Positions 63,481 to 64,000 of a DNA stretch of 64,000 bases are shown here, piece by piece (within the stretch, counting starts at the first letter, position 1; each line of letters opens with the position of its first letter). The notes below the pieces were generated by a model. That model did no database searches. It had not been told where the DNA came from and saw only the letters and a list, made by a program, of their open reading frames with translations. The stretch is from Botryllus schlosseri (lineage: Eukaryota). Location: positions 5,954,001 to 6,018,000 of the forward strand of contig CM119371.1 in NCBI GenBank assembly GCA_051294905.1. The letters are read 5' to 3'. The position numbers were made by a program, and so were the translations under genes.

Positions 63481-64000
63481 TATTTATTGCATGATATGTT
63501 TGTGTAGTTGTAAAATGCATAAGATGTGAAAAGCCTTACTATGTCTTCTTTTGTTTTTACCTATAATAATGAAAAAGAAGTCATCCAAACTTTTTCCATA
63601 CATCTGCGCCGTAACCAAGTTGAAATACTTGTAGTGAATTGAGTTTTAGTGTTTACTAAACCAGTGGTTCCTAACCTTTTTGGATGTCAGAGCCGCATTT
63701 CAAAGTTAAGAGTACGTATGTGTTATGTTCGTGCATTTACGTTCAGTGTTGTTCAACTCCTACTTTTTATAGGACTAGTAATTACGGCCAATCATTATTT
63801 CCTCGTGTGTCGTGCTTGTATTTATACCCTGTGTTCTGTTGTCTACTGGTCTTTCGTTTAACTGCACTCTGGATCGTGTCGCCTGTCTTAAAGTTATTCC
63901 GCTGTATAATATACGATTAATTTGCGAGTTCAGTATTTAAATATAATTTATTTCGGAAAAGCTGAGAAGACCGTATCCTAGTTGTCCTCCTCTACCAAAC

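Overview
AT-rich animal (metazoan) genomic DNA with spliceosomal introns, in a repeat-dense, heterochromatin-like setting. I see no intact host gene. Left to right: a broken sushi/CCP-domain exon (93-451) and other exon-like remnants; a ~21.8 kb array of a 73-bp satellite (3941-25753, ~299 copies) whose first unit overlaps the stop codon of an acidic reading frame; four spliced 3' exons of a DNAL1 (dynein axonemal light chain 1) copy with a premature stop (26151-30525), with introns full of nested hAT-type MITEs; a truncated Ty3/Gypsy element; and a nearly intact pogo-family DD35D transposon with a C-terminal PHD finger (37472-40390). The most striking structure is a 13.6 kb element (41363-54980) with Polinton/Maverick-type ends (AGTAGT terminus, 6-bp TSD GTTAGG). 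It is almost one giant palindrome: two ~6.3 kb near-identical inverted arms around a 974-bp spacer, with no recognisable Polinton core gene. Further right are a candidate, heavily decayed endogenous negative-strand RNA virus L-polymerase fragment (~57500-59030, minus), a tRNA-derived SINE head, a complete hAT MITE and the 3' end of another LTR element. All family calls come from reading motifs by eye; no database search was run.
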